NCBI GenBank assembly: GCA_020184695.1
Contig: JAANOX010000259.1
Coordinates: forward strand, 85,612 to 149,611
Direction: 5' to 3'
DNA length: 64,000 nucleotides
DNA from: Histomonas meleagridis 2922-C6/04-290x
Taxonomy: Eukaryota; Protista; Parabasalia
The notes under the pieces were generated by a model. The model did not search any database. It saw nothing but the letters and a program-made list of their open reading frames with translations, and was not told the DNA's origin. The translations under genes were made by a program, and so were the position numbers. Shown here piece by piece: positions 54,168 to 64,000 of the stretch; position 1 is the first letter of the stretch; every line of letters begins with the position of its first letter.

Positions 54168-54440
54168 TTAAGAACATTTCCAAATTTGAAAAGTCTGTTG
54201 ACCAATTTCAAAGTAAATGAAATTTTTTGATTCATAAGTAACAGATGTTCCAAACGATCTTCCAACAACGACGTGCCAGGTTGGTTCAAACTTCTTATCT
54301 AATTCATTCTTTATGAATTCGGCCATATCTTTTTGAAGTCTAAAACGTCTTACAGCCTGAGTGGCGATACTAATAACTTCATTCTTCATCTCATCAGACA
54401 TGTCAATGGTCTTTATTACGACGCGCTTGTTGTTAGACAT
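54168..54440 (-). CDS. DYNLL: Dynein light chain LC8 family
   Basis: IKTIDMSDEM...KDMAEFIKNELDKKFEPTWHVVVGRSFGTSVTYE. Confidence 0.93.
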   Translation of the reverse strand: MSNNKRVVIKTIDMSDEMKNEVISIATQAVRRFRLQKDMAEFIKNELDKKFEPTWHVVVGRSFGTSVTYESKNFIYFEIGQQTFQIWKCS

Positions 54441-55211
54441 TCGCAGAAAATCGAAATGGAAATCGGTTTATGTTATGTGAAAAACATTTCCAATTCAAAA
54501 GTGCCACTTGTGAAGCTGTTCATATATACTTTTACATTTTAATTTTTGAAGGACAGGTGGAGCAAACATTATCTTTGAAACATATGAAAAGATATTCACT
54601 TTAAAAATATGGCTAAATGTGAGATGATGATATAAAATCTTACAAATCATAATTAATCAATCAAAAAATTAATCTTTATGTAATAATCAAATAGAATGGC
54701 CTTTGGTGGCCTGGCATATAACACACTTATTTTTGATTTAAAATTAATAAATTTATTGTGTAAAACAATTTTTTTGTCAAGCTTGACTTTCAAGCATCCA
54801 AAATTGAATTCGACGGCCTTTTCTTCTCAAAAAGTCACACTTTGAAATAAAAAAGGAATAAACGATTAAAAATGTTATATAAAAAGTGGCATTACACAAA
54901 CAATCCAAATAAACTAGTGAATATTTGGATTATGTAAAGTGTCGTATTCACTCCATGTCGTCATCGTGATTCCTCCTTGTAAAACCTTGCTTAATGTTTC
55001 TTCAAGTAGAGGTCCAATTTAGAGAACATTGATTTAATGATTTTCCAATAGAAAAGAATTTTTGACGGTTCCAATCTGATTTTCTCGATGGCTTCAAATG
55101 AGCTCCTATGAGCACCAAATTGTTGTTGAACCTAATGTGACCACACCTAGATTTCATTAGTCACTAGAAAATTTTTTATTAAACGGTTTATTGATGTAAT
55201 TTTGTTGGAAT

Positions 55212-55820
55212 TTACCATCCATATGTAAGTGGTGTTGAAATTTGGTTGTTATCATCGCTTTTATCATCTTTGCCACAGCAAACATACTTGAACACAAATA
55301 TTATACCAACAAGCAATATGAAGAATACAACACCTAAGCAAATTCCAATGATAAGGATTGTGCTATTGTAGAATGTTTCAATTGCACTCTTGCATGAGGT
55401 GTTTCCAACGGTTGCATTGTCCCATGATTTACAGTTAAAGCCAGCCTGAATAATGTTAATGAAATCTTGGTTACCACTGTCGAACTGTGATTTAACCGCA
55501 TCATAGAGAACGCCCTTGCAAGCAAGAACAAATATAGCCATTGCGCCAACTATCAAAGCATAAAATATGTAAATTATTGCGAGCAAAGATCTTGCGCATT
55601 TTTTGCCTTTGACTGATGCATAAATGCCGAATATGAAAACAAGAATTGAGATACATAAGGCTACAATAACGACAATTAATAAGGTTTGTGAAATATCATC
55701 TAATTTTGTCTTAATGAAGTACAAGCAAGCTGCAAAGAGAGCAATTGTGGAACCAATTGTAATTAATGTAAGGATTGTGAAACCGAATCCACGGATAAAT
55801 TTCTTACAAGAACAACCCAT
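55212..55820 (-). CDS. Tetraspanin-like protein
   Basis: Four TM helices (three, then a large loop, then one); two Cys in the large loop; tail ends with a YGW motif. Confidence 0.75.
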   Translation of the reverse strand: MGCSCKKFIRGFGFTILTLITIGSTIALFAACLYFIKTKLDDISQTLLIVVIVALCISILVFIFGIYASVKGKKCARSLLAIIYIFYALIVGAMAIFVLACKGVLYDAVKSQFDSGNQDFINIIQAGFNCKSWDNATVGNTSCKSAIETFYNSTILIIGICLGVVFFILLVGIIFVFKYVCCGKDDKSDDNNQISTPLTYGW

Positions 55821-56194
55821 TTAAATGAACAACCCCCATCACGATCTCAAAAAGTAATTATCGGTGCATTTTTACTTAAAACTCAAATATTACATTTAAT
55901 GATGGATTTATGAATAAATAATTAAAAAATATAAGCAAACATATTATTTTATGCATGTTTATATAAATTATTTTTTGAGATTCGATGATATTATTGGAAA
56001 ATTTGTGTTTAGAGTCCAGATCATTTTTCGGGGTTTAAAACCTCCGGTCACAAACGATCAGTCGGTTTTGACAAATGCCCAAAGTTTTCTAAAGAATATT
56101 TTGTCTTAAATTTTTGCGTAGTAAACATTCGTTACTAAGAAAATACGATAGAACTTTTTGGGAAATATTCAATGTAATTTGATCGTTATTTCGG

Positions 56195-56551
56195 ATGGAA
56201 ACTCAGGAACAGGCAAAACCTGCTTTCGAAAATAAATTTAAAGTTTTGCAGGCACAAGAAATTATTAAGGCTCAGCTTGTTGAAAGTTTATCAAAACAGA
56301 CTTATTCTCCTGAATCAGCATCTCAAACAACGAGAGAAATTGTGGAAGCAATAAAGGCTAAGCTTAAAGAAGTGTTACCACCTCAATACAAATTAATTGT
56401 TCAAGTTTTGCTTGGAGAACAAAAAGGACAAGGAATTGCTATGGGATTTCGAGGCTTTTGGGATAATGACACAGACAACTTTGCAAGAGAAACGTTTTCG
56501 AACGATTCAATATTTGCTGTCGGGATTGCTTATGCTATGTATTCATATTGA
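56195..56551 (+). CDS. Tctex-1 family dynein light chain
   Basis: YKLIVQVLLGEQKGQG...FWDNDTDNFA...NDSIFAVGIAYAMY. Confidence 0.9.
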   Translation: METQEQAKPAFENKFKVLQAQEIIKAQLVESLSKQTYSPESASQTTREIVEAIKAKLKEVLPPQYKLIVQVLLGEQKGQGIAMGFRGFWDNDTDNFARETFSNDSIFAVGIAYAMYSY

Positions 56552-57128
56552 TGACAAGTAATTAAAATTTACAGATTTCATTGTTTAAGGTCATATTCCC
56601 ATTTTTTAAAATTGCACAAAAGCGTTATGATATAATAAAAATATTTTCAATTAAATGATTCTAAAAAAAATTTGAGTTTTGTTATACCTCATATATTTTT
56701 TGGAGATTTATTTCAATGTTTTGCAGAAAGCAGAAAAAACAAATTACATGTAGAATAAATATAATCAAAATTAATCATGTCGAATTAAATATATTGCTCC
56801 TTTGAAGAATGAAACATGAACTTCAAACTTATTTTTAAAACTCGCCATAGATATAAAATTAAATTATAATGGCACAATACATATTAAAAAATTATATTCT
56901 AACGATAATGAAACCCAAAATTATGAAAAAAATTATCTCTCAAAGGGGTATTGAAAAAATTAAGTAAATTTGATAACTTGGCACACAAACCTAGCAGAAA
57001 ATATTTTGAATATATTCAATTAACGTTTCATCTTATTTTTTGGGATGTTGTTCCTGTTAGTTGGTTTAACTACGAGTGCAAGCAAGATCTGGATTTTTAT
57101 GGATTCGATTCTTCTGAAATCATGACAG

Positions 57129-57656
57129 ATGTATGGGAAATCGAATATATTGAAAAAAATATATTACTTATCTCCAAAAAATATCGAAATATCATGCAAT
57201 GTTACACAACCTAAAAACTTAGTATTATATTTTGATGATCCAATGTTCACATCTTATACGCTGTTATCTCCTACTTTCCCTAGTTTATTTACTACTCTTA
57301 AATCTAAAATTGAAAACTTTGGAATTCATATTAATTTAACAGGAAATTGGAGAAATGTTCAAAATTATGAACTAAAAATATGCATAAGTGATGAATTTAA
57401 AGATTTGGTAGATACTTCTTCAATTCCAGAAAATATTAATATTTTTGAACCATTCTATTTGATAAAACCTGAAGGCACACCTGAACCCGAAACAAACACT
57501 CCACAACCTGAGCCAGAAACAAACACTCCACAACCTGAAACAGAGAGTGAAACCGAAGAAATTACAGAATCAACAAATAGCATAGGATTCAAAACTTCTG
57601 TCATTTCTTTAAGTTCTATTTTAATGGTTGTTATGAGTTTTGCTTTAGTTTTCTAG
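57129..57656 (+). CDS. Probable surface protein 3' part with PEPETNTPQ stalk repeats and hydrophobic C-terminus
   Basis: 27-nt tandem repeat at 57480-57541 with synonymous differences. The 5' part is probably in frameshifted upstream sequence (about 56900-57130). Confidence 0.55.
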   Translation: MYGKSNILKKIYYLSPKNIEISCNVTQPKNLVLYFDDPMFTSYTLLSPTFPSLFTTLKSKIENFGIHINLTGNWRNVQNYELKICISDEFKDLVDTSSIPENINIFEPFYLIKPEGTPEPETNTPQPEPETNTPQPETESETEEITESTNSIGFKTSVISLSSILMVVMSFALVF

Positions 57657-58179
57657 GTTGAATAACATCTAATTGAAAATAAAATGAAAAAACGTAACGA
57701 CAATAAGTTTATGAATAAATAAGATAACAATTTTTCTTTAATGAATTTATTTTGAGCTTGATATTGGGTTTTTATAAAAAGAATCATGTTATCTTGGAAA
57801 AAATGATTAAAAACTCAATGATTGATCCAAAAATCATAAAAAATAAAGAAGAATCATTATATTTTTTAAGGTATTTTTCAAAATACAAAATCAATCATTT
57901 CAGTGACATAATCCCAAGGGAAATGTTGAAACAGATAACACTAAAACCATAAATAAATTGCATAAAGTTCTTTCGAATATTTTTTGGAATCACTTAAGCA
58001 ATATGCTAAAGAAGGATTAAGTAATCCAAGTGAAACTGCAAAAATATTTTATTTCGAAATGATGAAAAGGAAAAAACTCAAGAAATTTCATCATAAAATG
58101 ATCTGAACTTTGATTTATTAATGATTATAATACAGTCATCGATTACTCTGCTTTTTTTTTCATGGATAAAATGTTTAAA

Positions 58180-58600
58180 ATATTTTATAAATTTATAAAT
58201 GGCGCTAATTATTTAAATTACTGGTAAATATGCAAATGGAAATGAAGAAATCATTCATCATTTGAAAGTGTATTATGCTTTGGTTAATGGTTACTTCGAT
58301 AATTAAAATTTTCAAATGATAATGAAATAATTAATTATATCAATTAAAGTACTTGTTTTGGCATCTAAAAAGAACCACATGGAAATTGCTAAAATACTTG
58401 TTAGACAAGAAGGAAATGATGGCAATGAAAACCATATTTATTTTCTTATGAATTATTTTAAATTTTTTGAAATTTAAAATAAAATTTGGATATTATTTCG
58501 AATATTTTTCATATCACTTATGTATACCTTATTGGAGAGTCAAATAGAAGTAGTTAAATTTCAATTGATGTCAATGAAAAGGAAAAATTCAGTTCAGAAA
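58180..58600 (+). pseudogene. Ankyrin-repeat remnants
   Basis: Fragments YYALVNGYFD, LASKKNHMEIAKILV and SQIEVVKF in broken frames. Confidence 0.5.
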
Positions 58601-58729
58601 CAACGGTTATCGCTTAAAAATCATACAATTTTTGCTTTTGTAAACTTTTACATTTATTTAATATCCCTTAAGGGTAAAATTGAGTTTAATGTGACGGTTT
58701 TATCAGCGTTTGCAGATTTCATTTTTTCG

Positions 58730-59293
58730 ATGCCAAAAGCTGTTGTTTTGCTTGCACCAGGATTCGAACCAATCGAGGCTTCTGCACCAATTGACATGCT
58801 TAGGAGAGCTGGTGTTGAAGTAATTGTTGCTGCTGTTGGATCACCAACTCTTTATGTTACAAGTGCTCTTGATATCACATTCCACTGTGACAAAAAGTTT
58901 AACGAGATTTCCAACTCATTATTTGATGCAATCATTATGCCAGGTGGTCTTCCAGGTGCAACAAATCTTGCTGCTGATCCAAAAGTTGTCGAAGCAGTCA
59001 AAAATCACTTCAAAGCTGGAAAGATCGTAGCAGCAATTTGCGCTTCACCTGGTGTTGTCCTTTCTGAAGCTTGCAATATCATTCGTGGAAAGCATGCATG
59101 TGGATATCCAGGTTTTGATGATAAGATCAATGAACACGGCGGCACTAAAGTTGAAGACAAGGTTTGTGTTGATGGAAACATAATTACATCACGTGGACCA
59201 GGAACATCAATGTATTTTGCTATTGCAATTGTTGAAGCTCTTTGTGGAAAAGAAAAGGCTGAATCAATTAAGAATGGAACACTCTTGCAGTAA
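58730..59293 (+). CDS. DJ-1/PfpI (ThiJ) family protein
   Basis: GFEPIEASAPIDMLRRAG, FDAIIMPGG, AAICASP (catalytic Cys), ITSRGPGTS. True start is ATG 58730 (187 aa). Confidence 0.93.
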   Translation: MPKAVVLLAPGFEPIEASAPIDMLRRAGVEVIVAAVGSPTLYVTSALDITFHCDKKFNEISNSLFDAIIMPGGLPGATNLAADPKVVEAVKNHFKAGKIVAAICASPGVVLSEACNIIRGKHACGYPGFDDKINEHGGTKVEDKVCVDGNIITSRGPGTSMYFAIAIVEALCGKEKAESIKNGTLLQ

Positions 59294-59462
59294 ATATTAA
59301 ACTGCAAATTACTTTAATTTTATATTAAAATATTAATTTGATGGTGCAAAAAATGAAGAATTATATGTTCTCGTTCAACAGTAAAATTTTTCGTTCACTT
59401 TTAACAAGAGTAATATTAAAGAATATAAATGTATGGAATAAAATTAATTCATTTATAATGAT

Positions 59463-59904
59463 TTATTGTGGTAATGCAGACGGTGGCAAAACCGAAGGCG
59501 CTGCTTTCATGGATGAATTTACAATTCCAGTAGTTTGGGCTGGCTTTGGCATATTTGTTGATTTTTGAGCAGAAGCGTTTTTATCATGAGGTACACCTGG
59601 TTGGTGTGTTGTTGAAGAAGTTGATGTAGCAATTTTGTTTCCCGTTGGTGGTGGTGGACCAATTACATCCACATGAACAACAGAATCTCCTCTAAGAATC
59701 ATAAGGCCTATATTTCTTTTAATTTCTCTTGGTCCTCCTGGTTTTCTATTTTTCAATTGTCTGTATTCTTCGCATCTTTAATATGATCTTGAATGAATAT
59801 CAAATCCCGAGAAGTTGTCCAATAAAGCGACGTTTGTCATTGATAGATATGCTTACTCTGTGATTAACAAATTTTCCAAGCTTTGATCCATGTGGTGCCA
59901 GCAT
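59463..59904 (-). CDS. SNRPB: Spliceosomal core protein SmB/B' (frame broken by clustered indels near 59770-59810)
   Basis: Sm1 RVSISINDKRRFIGQLLGFD.H, then Sm2 EIKRNIGLMILRGDSVVHVDVIGPPP, matching SmB [26 protein letters not shown]. Confidence 0.8.
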
Positions 59905-60003
59905 ATATAACTAGGAAAAGTGGCTTTTAAACGGCTGATTGGATTTCTGTCACTTTTCAAGAATAACGAACACACATTCAAAAAGTGGAATTCGTTACTT
60001 CCT

Positions 60004-61570
60004 ATGTGTGAAGATACAGAAGGATCTCTTGATTACTTATCTACACCAAATGAAGGAGATCAAATTTCAGTTATTGAGCAAGTAAGTGAAACCCTATTAA
60101 AAATAGCTGATTTTGGATCAGACCGACCAATTGATTACTTTGAACCTTTTTCATACATTCTTAAAGAAGAACGACAAACCGAAGAAAATCCACTTCTTAA
60201 TCTTCACCAACAAGGTTGTCCTGATTTTGTAGCAATATCTAAAGCAAAATCAAGAATTCAAACACAACTTTTTCCAAAAGAACGACTTACAGCTGAAGTT
60301 GAAGAGGAAGAAGAAATTAATGAACAACTAGAGGGTGAAACACCAGAAAACCATGAGGAAGAAGAAGAGGAACCTAATGAAGGAGAAGTTCCTAATGTCA
60401 TTTCTGACATGAAGTTTCTTCATGAAGTTGGACTTGGGCTTACAACTCATGAAACTATTCTTTTACAGCTTTCTATTCAAAAACTAATTCGATCACATCC
60501 AATATCGACAGCACGATTTTGGGGCAAAGTCAATGGTGTAGAGCGTGATTATTACATTGTTGAAGTTGAGTTTCATGAAGGGTCACGTCCACATCCAGAA
60601 ACCAATGAAGAAGAAGATACAAATAATAATCCAGATACGATTCCAATTGAAGAAGAAACTGGTCCAAACACATACAACTACTTTGTATGTAACACGTTAG
60701 GTGGGAAATGGACACTTTTACCAGACATTGAGCCTATTCAAATTTCATCCTCACGATGTATCAAACAAATGTTTACTGGCGATCTTAATGCAGAAGTTAA
60801 TTCCCCGCCGAATCGTTTCAAAGGCACTGAGAAAGAACTGCTTCGTTCCTTTATAGCGCGAGTTTATCATTCATGTACCATATCACCGAAAGGGCAATAT
60901 ATCTCTGAAGAAGAACCTGAAGAAGATTTACCACTTTATTCCAATGCGCCCATTGTCTTAAACGAAGAGCATGAATTTAAAGCGCTTAAAGGAATGGAAG
61001 ACTTTGTACATCGAACAGCTTTTTTGTTACCACAAGGCCGCGTTGATTATTATCATCCGATAAATGAAGAAGAAGAGAAAAATGAAAACGAAGAAGAGAT
61101 GTTAAATGACATTGAAGTCGGACCTCCAATACTTCGTTCTATTGTTGAAGATGAACCAATTAATGGCAATATTCCAAGTTGGAGTATTCGAGTTAATAAT
61201 GATAAAATATTTTGGCTGAGATCAAACACTTGGCCTGGATTAAATGTCGTGAGTAATTATAATGGCGAAAGAGTAATAAATGTTTACTTCGGTTGGGGAA
61301 TGAAAGCAACTGAAGCTGAAGAGTGGCCGCCGCTTATCGAGAAAGAGAACAAAGAAGAAGAAAGAAAAAGAACTGAAAAAGAAAACGAAAATGGGAATAA
61401 TGAAGAAAATGAAAATGGGAAAATGAAAAGAAAATGAAAACGAAACAAAACAAAATAATGAAGAAAATGATAAAGGAGATAACGAAGAAATCACAAGTAG
61501 CGCTGTATATGACGGTACTTCAGAAACGTATACTTATGAAGGATCTGCGTATGACGAATCAGTTGCATAA
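60004..61570 (+). CDS. RSPH4A: Radial spoke head protein RSP4/6; C-terminal acidic tail frameshifted near 61420
   Basis: ARFWGKVNG..RDYYIVE, FTGDLNAEV, F.GTEKELLR..IAR, LRSNTWPG, YFGWG. The tail continues in another frame to TAA 61568-61570. Confidence 0.85.
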
Positions 61571-61894
61571 ATAATAAATATTTTATTGATATGAAAATGA
61601 ATTTGTTTTTATATGATTTGATCAAAATTTAATGAATTTTTCGTTTGAAGGAATAATTAAATATTTTGCGATCTCTTATTAATATATTTGGTGTGTTCAA
61701 TATTCTGAAAATAATGATTAATCCAATGGAGCACTTGTGTCTTTATTATCTTGGGACACAGAGTTATATTATTATCTATTTGCCATTCTTTGAATGCCAT
61801 GTTTAAGAAAAAGGATTCTTTTCATGAAGAATTGTTTTATATATATAAACAGAAAATATAAATTAATAACAAAAATACAGACATTTTATTTATA

Positions 61895-63141
61895 ATGATC
61901 TATTATTTTATCAGCAATCAGCTACTTCTTGTTCATCTTTATCTGTTAATTCCTCTATTATTCCGATATATTGGCTATCGATTAAGAAATCATGACTTTG
62001 ATTCACATTCTTTTCCGTATTCAATGTACACACTATACTATCGAGAATTAGTAATTTCATTTCATATTGATCACTCGTCAAACATTCACAGAAGGAATTG
62101 AACACAATTTCATTCATAACCAATTTTATATGTTCACAATCTCCTTTATACAAAATATTTGAAGCAAGAGAAATCGCTTAGATTCTTTTCTTTAAAAATC
62201 CATTCTCTATCACTCACTATTAACCCAAACAAAACCCATATTCACATATCTCACTTTACTTTCCATATGACCGAAAAGAAGCAATATTAGACAAAATAGA
62301 TAAAATTTCACATATATATTCATTACTAGTTAAAGAAAGTTCGGAAAGAACGGAATAAAGTCCTCCATCGATTAACGTCGAAGTTGGAAGAAAATATTTA
62401 ACGTTGAAAGTTTACGAAGAAATAAAGAATTTGTCGAGATCGTTTCACCTGATATAATCTTTTGATGAAAGAAGAGAAAGTGTTTGATAAAGATTCAGAA
62501 TCATCAAAAATTAATGAGTTAATGTTCGGCCGTGAAAGAATTACATTAAATAATTTGAAAACTGATAGAAAATTTTCATCTGAATTAAATTGAAGCAAAA
62601 CATTTCGACCATATGAAAAGCCATATGTTTCAAAATTGTTTTCACTGTATTGAATTATGAAAGAAATTGTATCAATGACTATTGGATTAGGCATAAGATT
62701 TGAAATTACTGATTGTTCATTACATATCATTTTGTTAAGTGATATGTCATTGATAGCAATAAGACGTTGTAAACATTTTAGCAAATACAGATTATGGGAT
62801 ATATTTTCGAAAATAAAATCAAGAAAACGATAATCTTTTAAAAGCAATGGAACAAATGGTGATTGTGAATAAATAAGAGAACTGATTGCTTGAACTGCTG
62901 GAGTTGAACAGTCTTCGGTTTTAATTAAATCAAAAATAATCTTTAAAAATTTATCAGAATTGTAAAAACAAAACGTATGTGTGCACGAAAAATTAGTTAA
63001 TGTTTCTGCTAAATTTTGAATATTATCCTTGGGAAATTGAAAAAAGTTAGAGAGAATTTGTTGGTAACTATCATCATAACACAATCGGAATTTGCTACCA
63101 CTATTTGAGTTTTTACTAAAACCTATCAACACGAAGAACAT
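61895..63141 (-). pseudogene. ARM-repeat protein, frameshifted (third member of the family)
   Basis: ORF pieces 62398-63141 and 61911-62153 with an importin-alpha-like C-terminal pattern. Confidence 0.5.
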
Positions 63142-64000
63142 CCTGCTGCTTTTTTCTCAAAAATTGTAGGTATTCTTGATGAGAATTGTTCATGCAGGCA
63201 CTTCAGGAAAAAACGTTAAATATTTAACGTTAAACATTTTATTTTCACTTTTTTAGAATCCAAAATGTTCGCCCTCGTAACTGTGGAAACGGTCGACGTT
63301 CAACAAAAACCGTAAAATCTTTATATAAAAATTGTGTAAAAGTCCTCCATCTGATCAGTATCGGAGAATTTCCATCGTTTATCTTTGATATCAACAAATA
63401 ACCATTTGGACTTTTCTTATGTCATTCATTTGAATACCAACCTATCTCATTATTTAAAATTTCTTGTCAAACTGAATGTGAATAAAAAAGACATGATGCC
63501 TTGGTAAATAAAAAACTTTCCAAATAACGTCGACAAGTAAAAGAAATAAAATTATTTGAAAATATTTTTGTTTGTTATCCCTTTTCAACAATGTCCACTT
63601 TAGTTTCATAACATACTAGACCAGAACCAGCGTTGTTTGGGTTATTTCAGAGTTTACTTAGAATAATTGTTGTTTTCTGAATGAATCAAAAACGATATAA
63701 TCAGGCAAATAGAATTTTGAGTAATGAAAAAGTCTGAAGCGCACTCTATTTTATTTTAAGGACTTCTGAAACACAGTCCTGACCACTTTTGCTATTGCTG
63801 ATAGCTACCGTGGACCTCATTAAACAAAAATATCTGAAATTATGGATCTCATTTGGAAATCAGCTCTTCACAAATATATATTGATAATGTATTACGTGAA
63901 TGAAGCAACTGCCGTTTTCCAGCTTTATTCTGTGTCAAAAAGAGCCCTCGATCGAATCTCAGCTATTCTTAATGTGTCTTCCACCGCAATTTCTCCGACA

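Noticed and set aside
58055-58112. Box C (ATGATGA) and box D (CTGA) spacing suggestive of a snoRNA.
   Set aside because: No terminal stem or guide complementarity could be identified; such motifs are frequent in AT-rich DNA.
63300-64000. Coding-like minus-strand fragments at the window end (GEIAVEDTLRIAEIRSRALL…).
   Set aside because: Multiple stops, no recognisable domain, and truncated by the window edge.

Overview
AT-rich eukaryotic DNA, almost certainly from a parabasalid (Trichomonas/Tritrichomonas/Histomonas group). Evidence: apparently intron-less compact genes, TCA(C/T)TT initiators just before ATGs, a BspA-type LRR gene, and an IS481-like transposase. The species cannot be fixed from sequence alone. 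Housekeeping and flagellar genes include PIBF1/CEP90, XMAP215/TOG, a PP1-like phosphatase, PME-1, AP-3 mu, 14-3-3, LC8 and Tctex dynein light chains, a tetraspanin, DJ-1/PfpI, SmB and RSP4/6. The standout region is a ~10.1 kb island (14546-24659) bracketed by two identical, same-orientation tRNA-Pro(UGG) genes. It holds no recognisable host gene, only decayed DNA-transposon pieces: MULE, Tc1, hAT, a zinc-knuckle fragment, and a long-TIR Tc1 element whose DD34E transposase appears to be fused to a C-terminal Myb domain. An IS481-like element carrying a perfect 26-bp hairpin is nested in that element's TIR. Other oddities are duplicated His/Pro-rich micro-ORFs, a Rho-like pseudo-GTPase fused to four TM helices, and a bacterial-type membrane-anchored glycoside hydrolase. 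Several conserved genes (SmB, RSP4/6 tail) carry clustered indels, so some frameshifts in this window may be consensus errors. All family assignments are from recognised motifs, not database searches.
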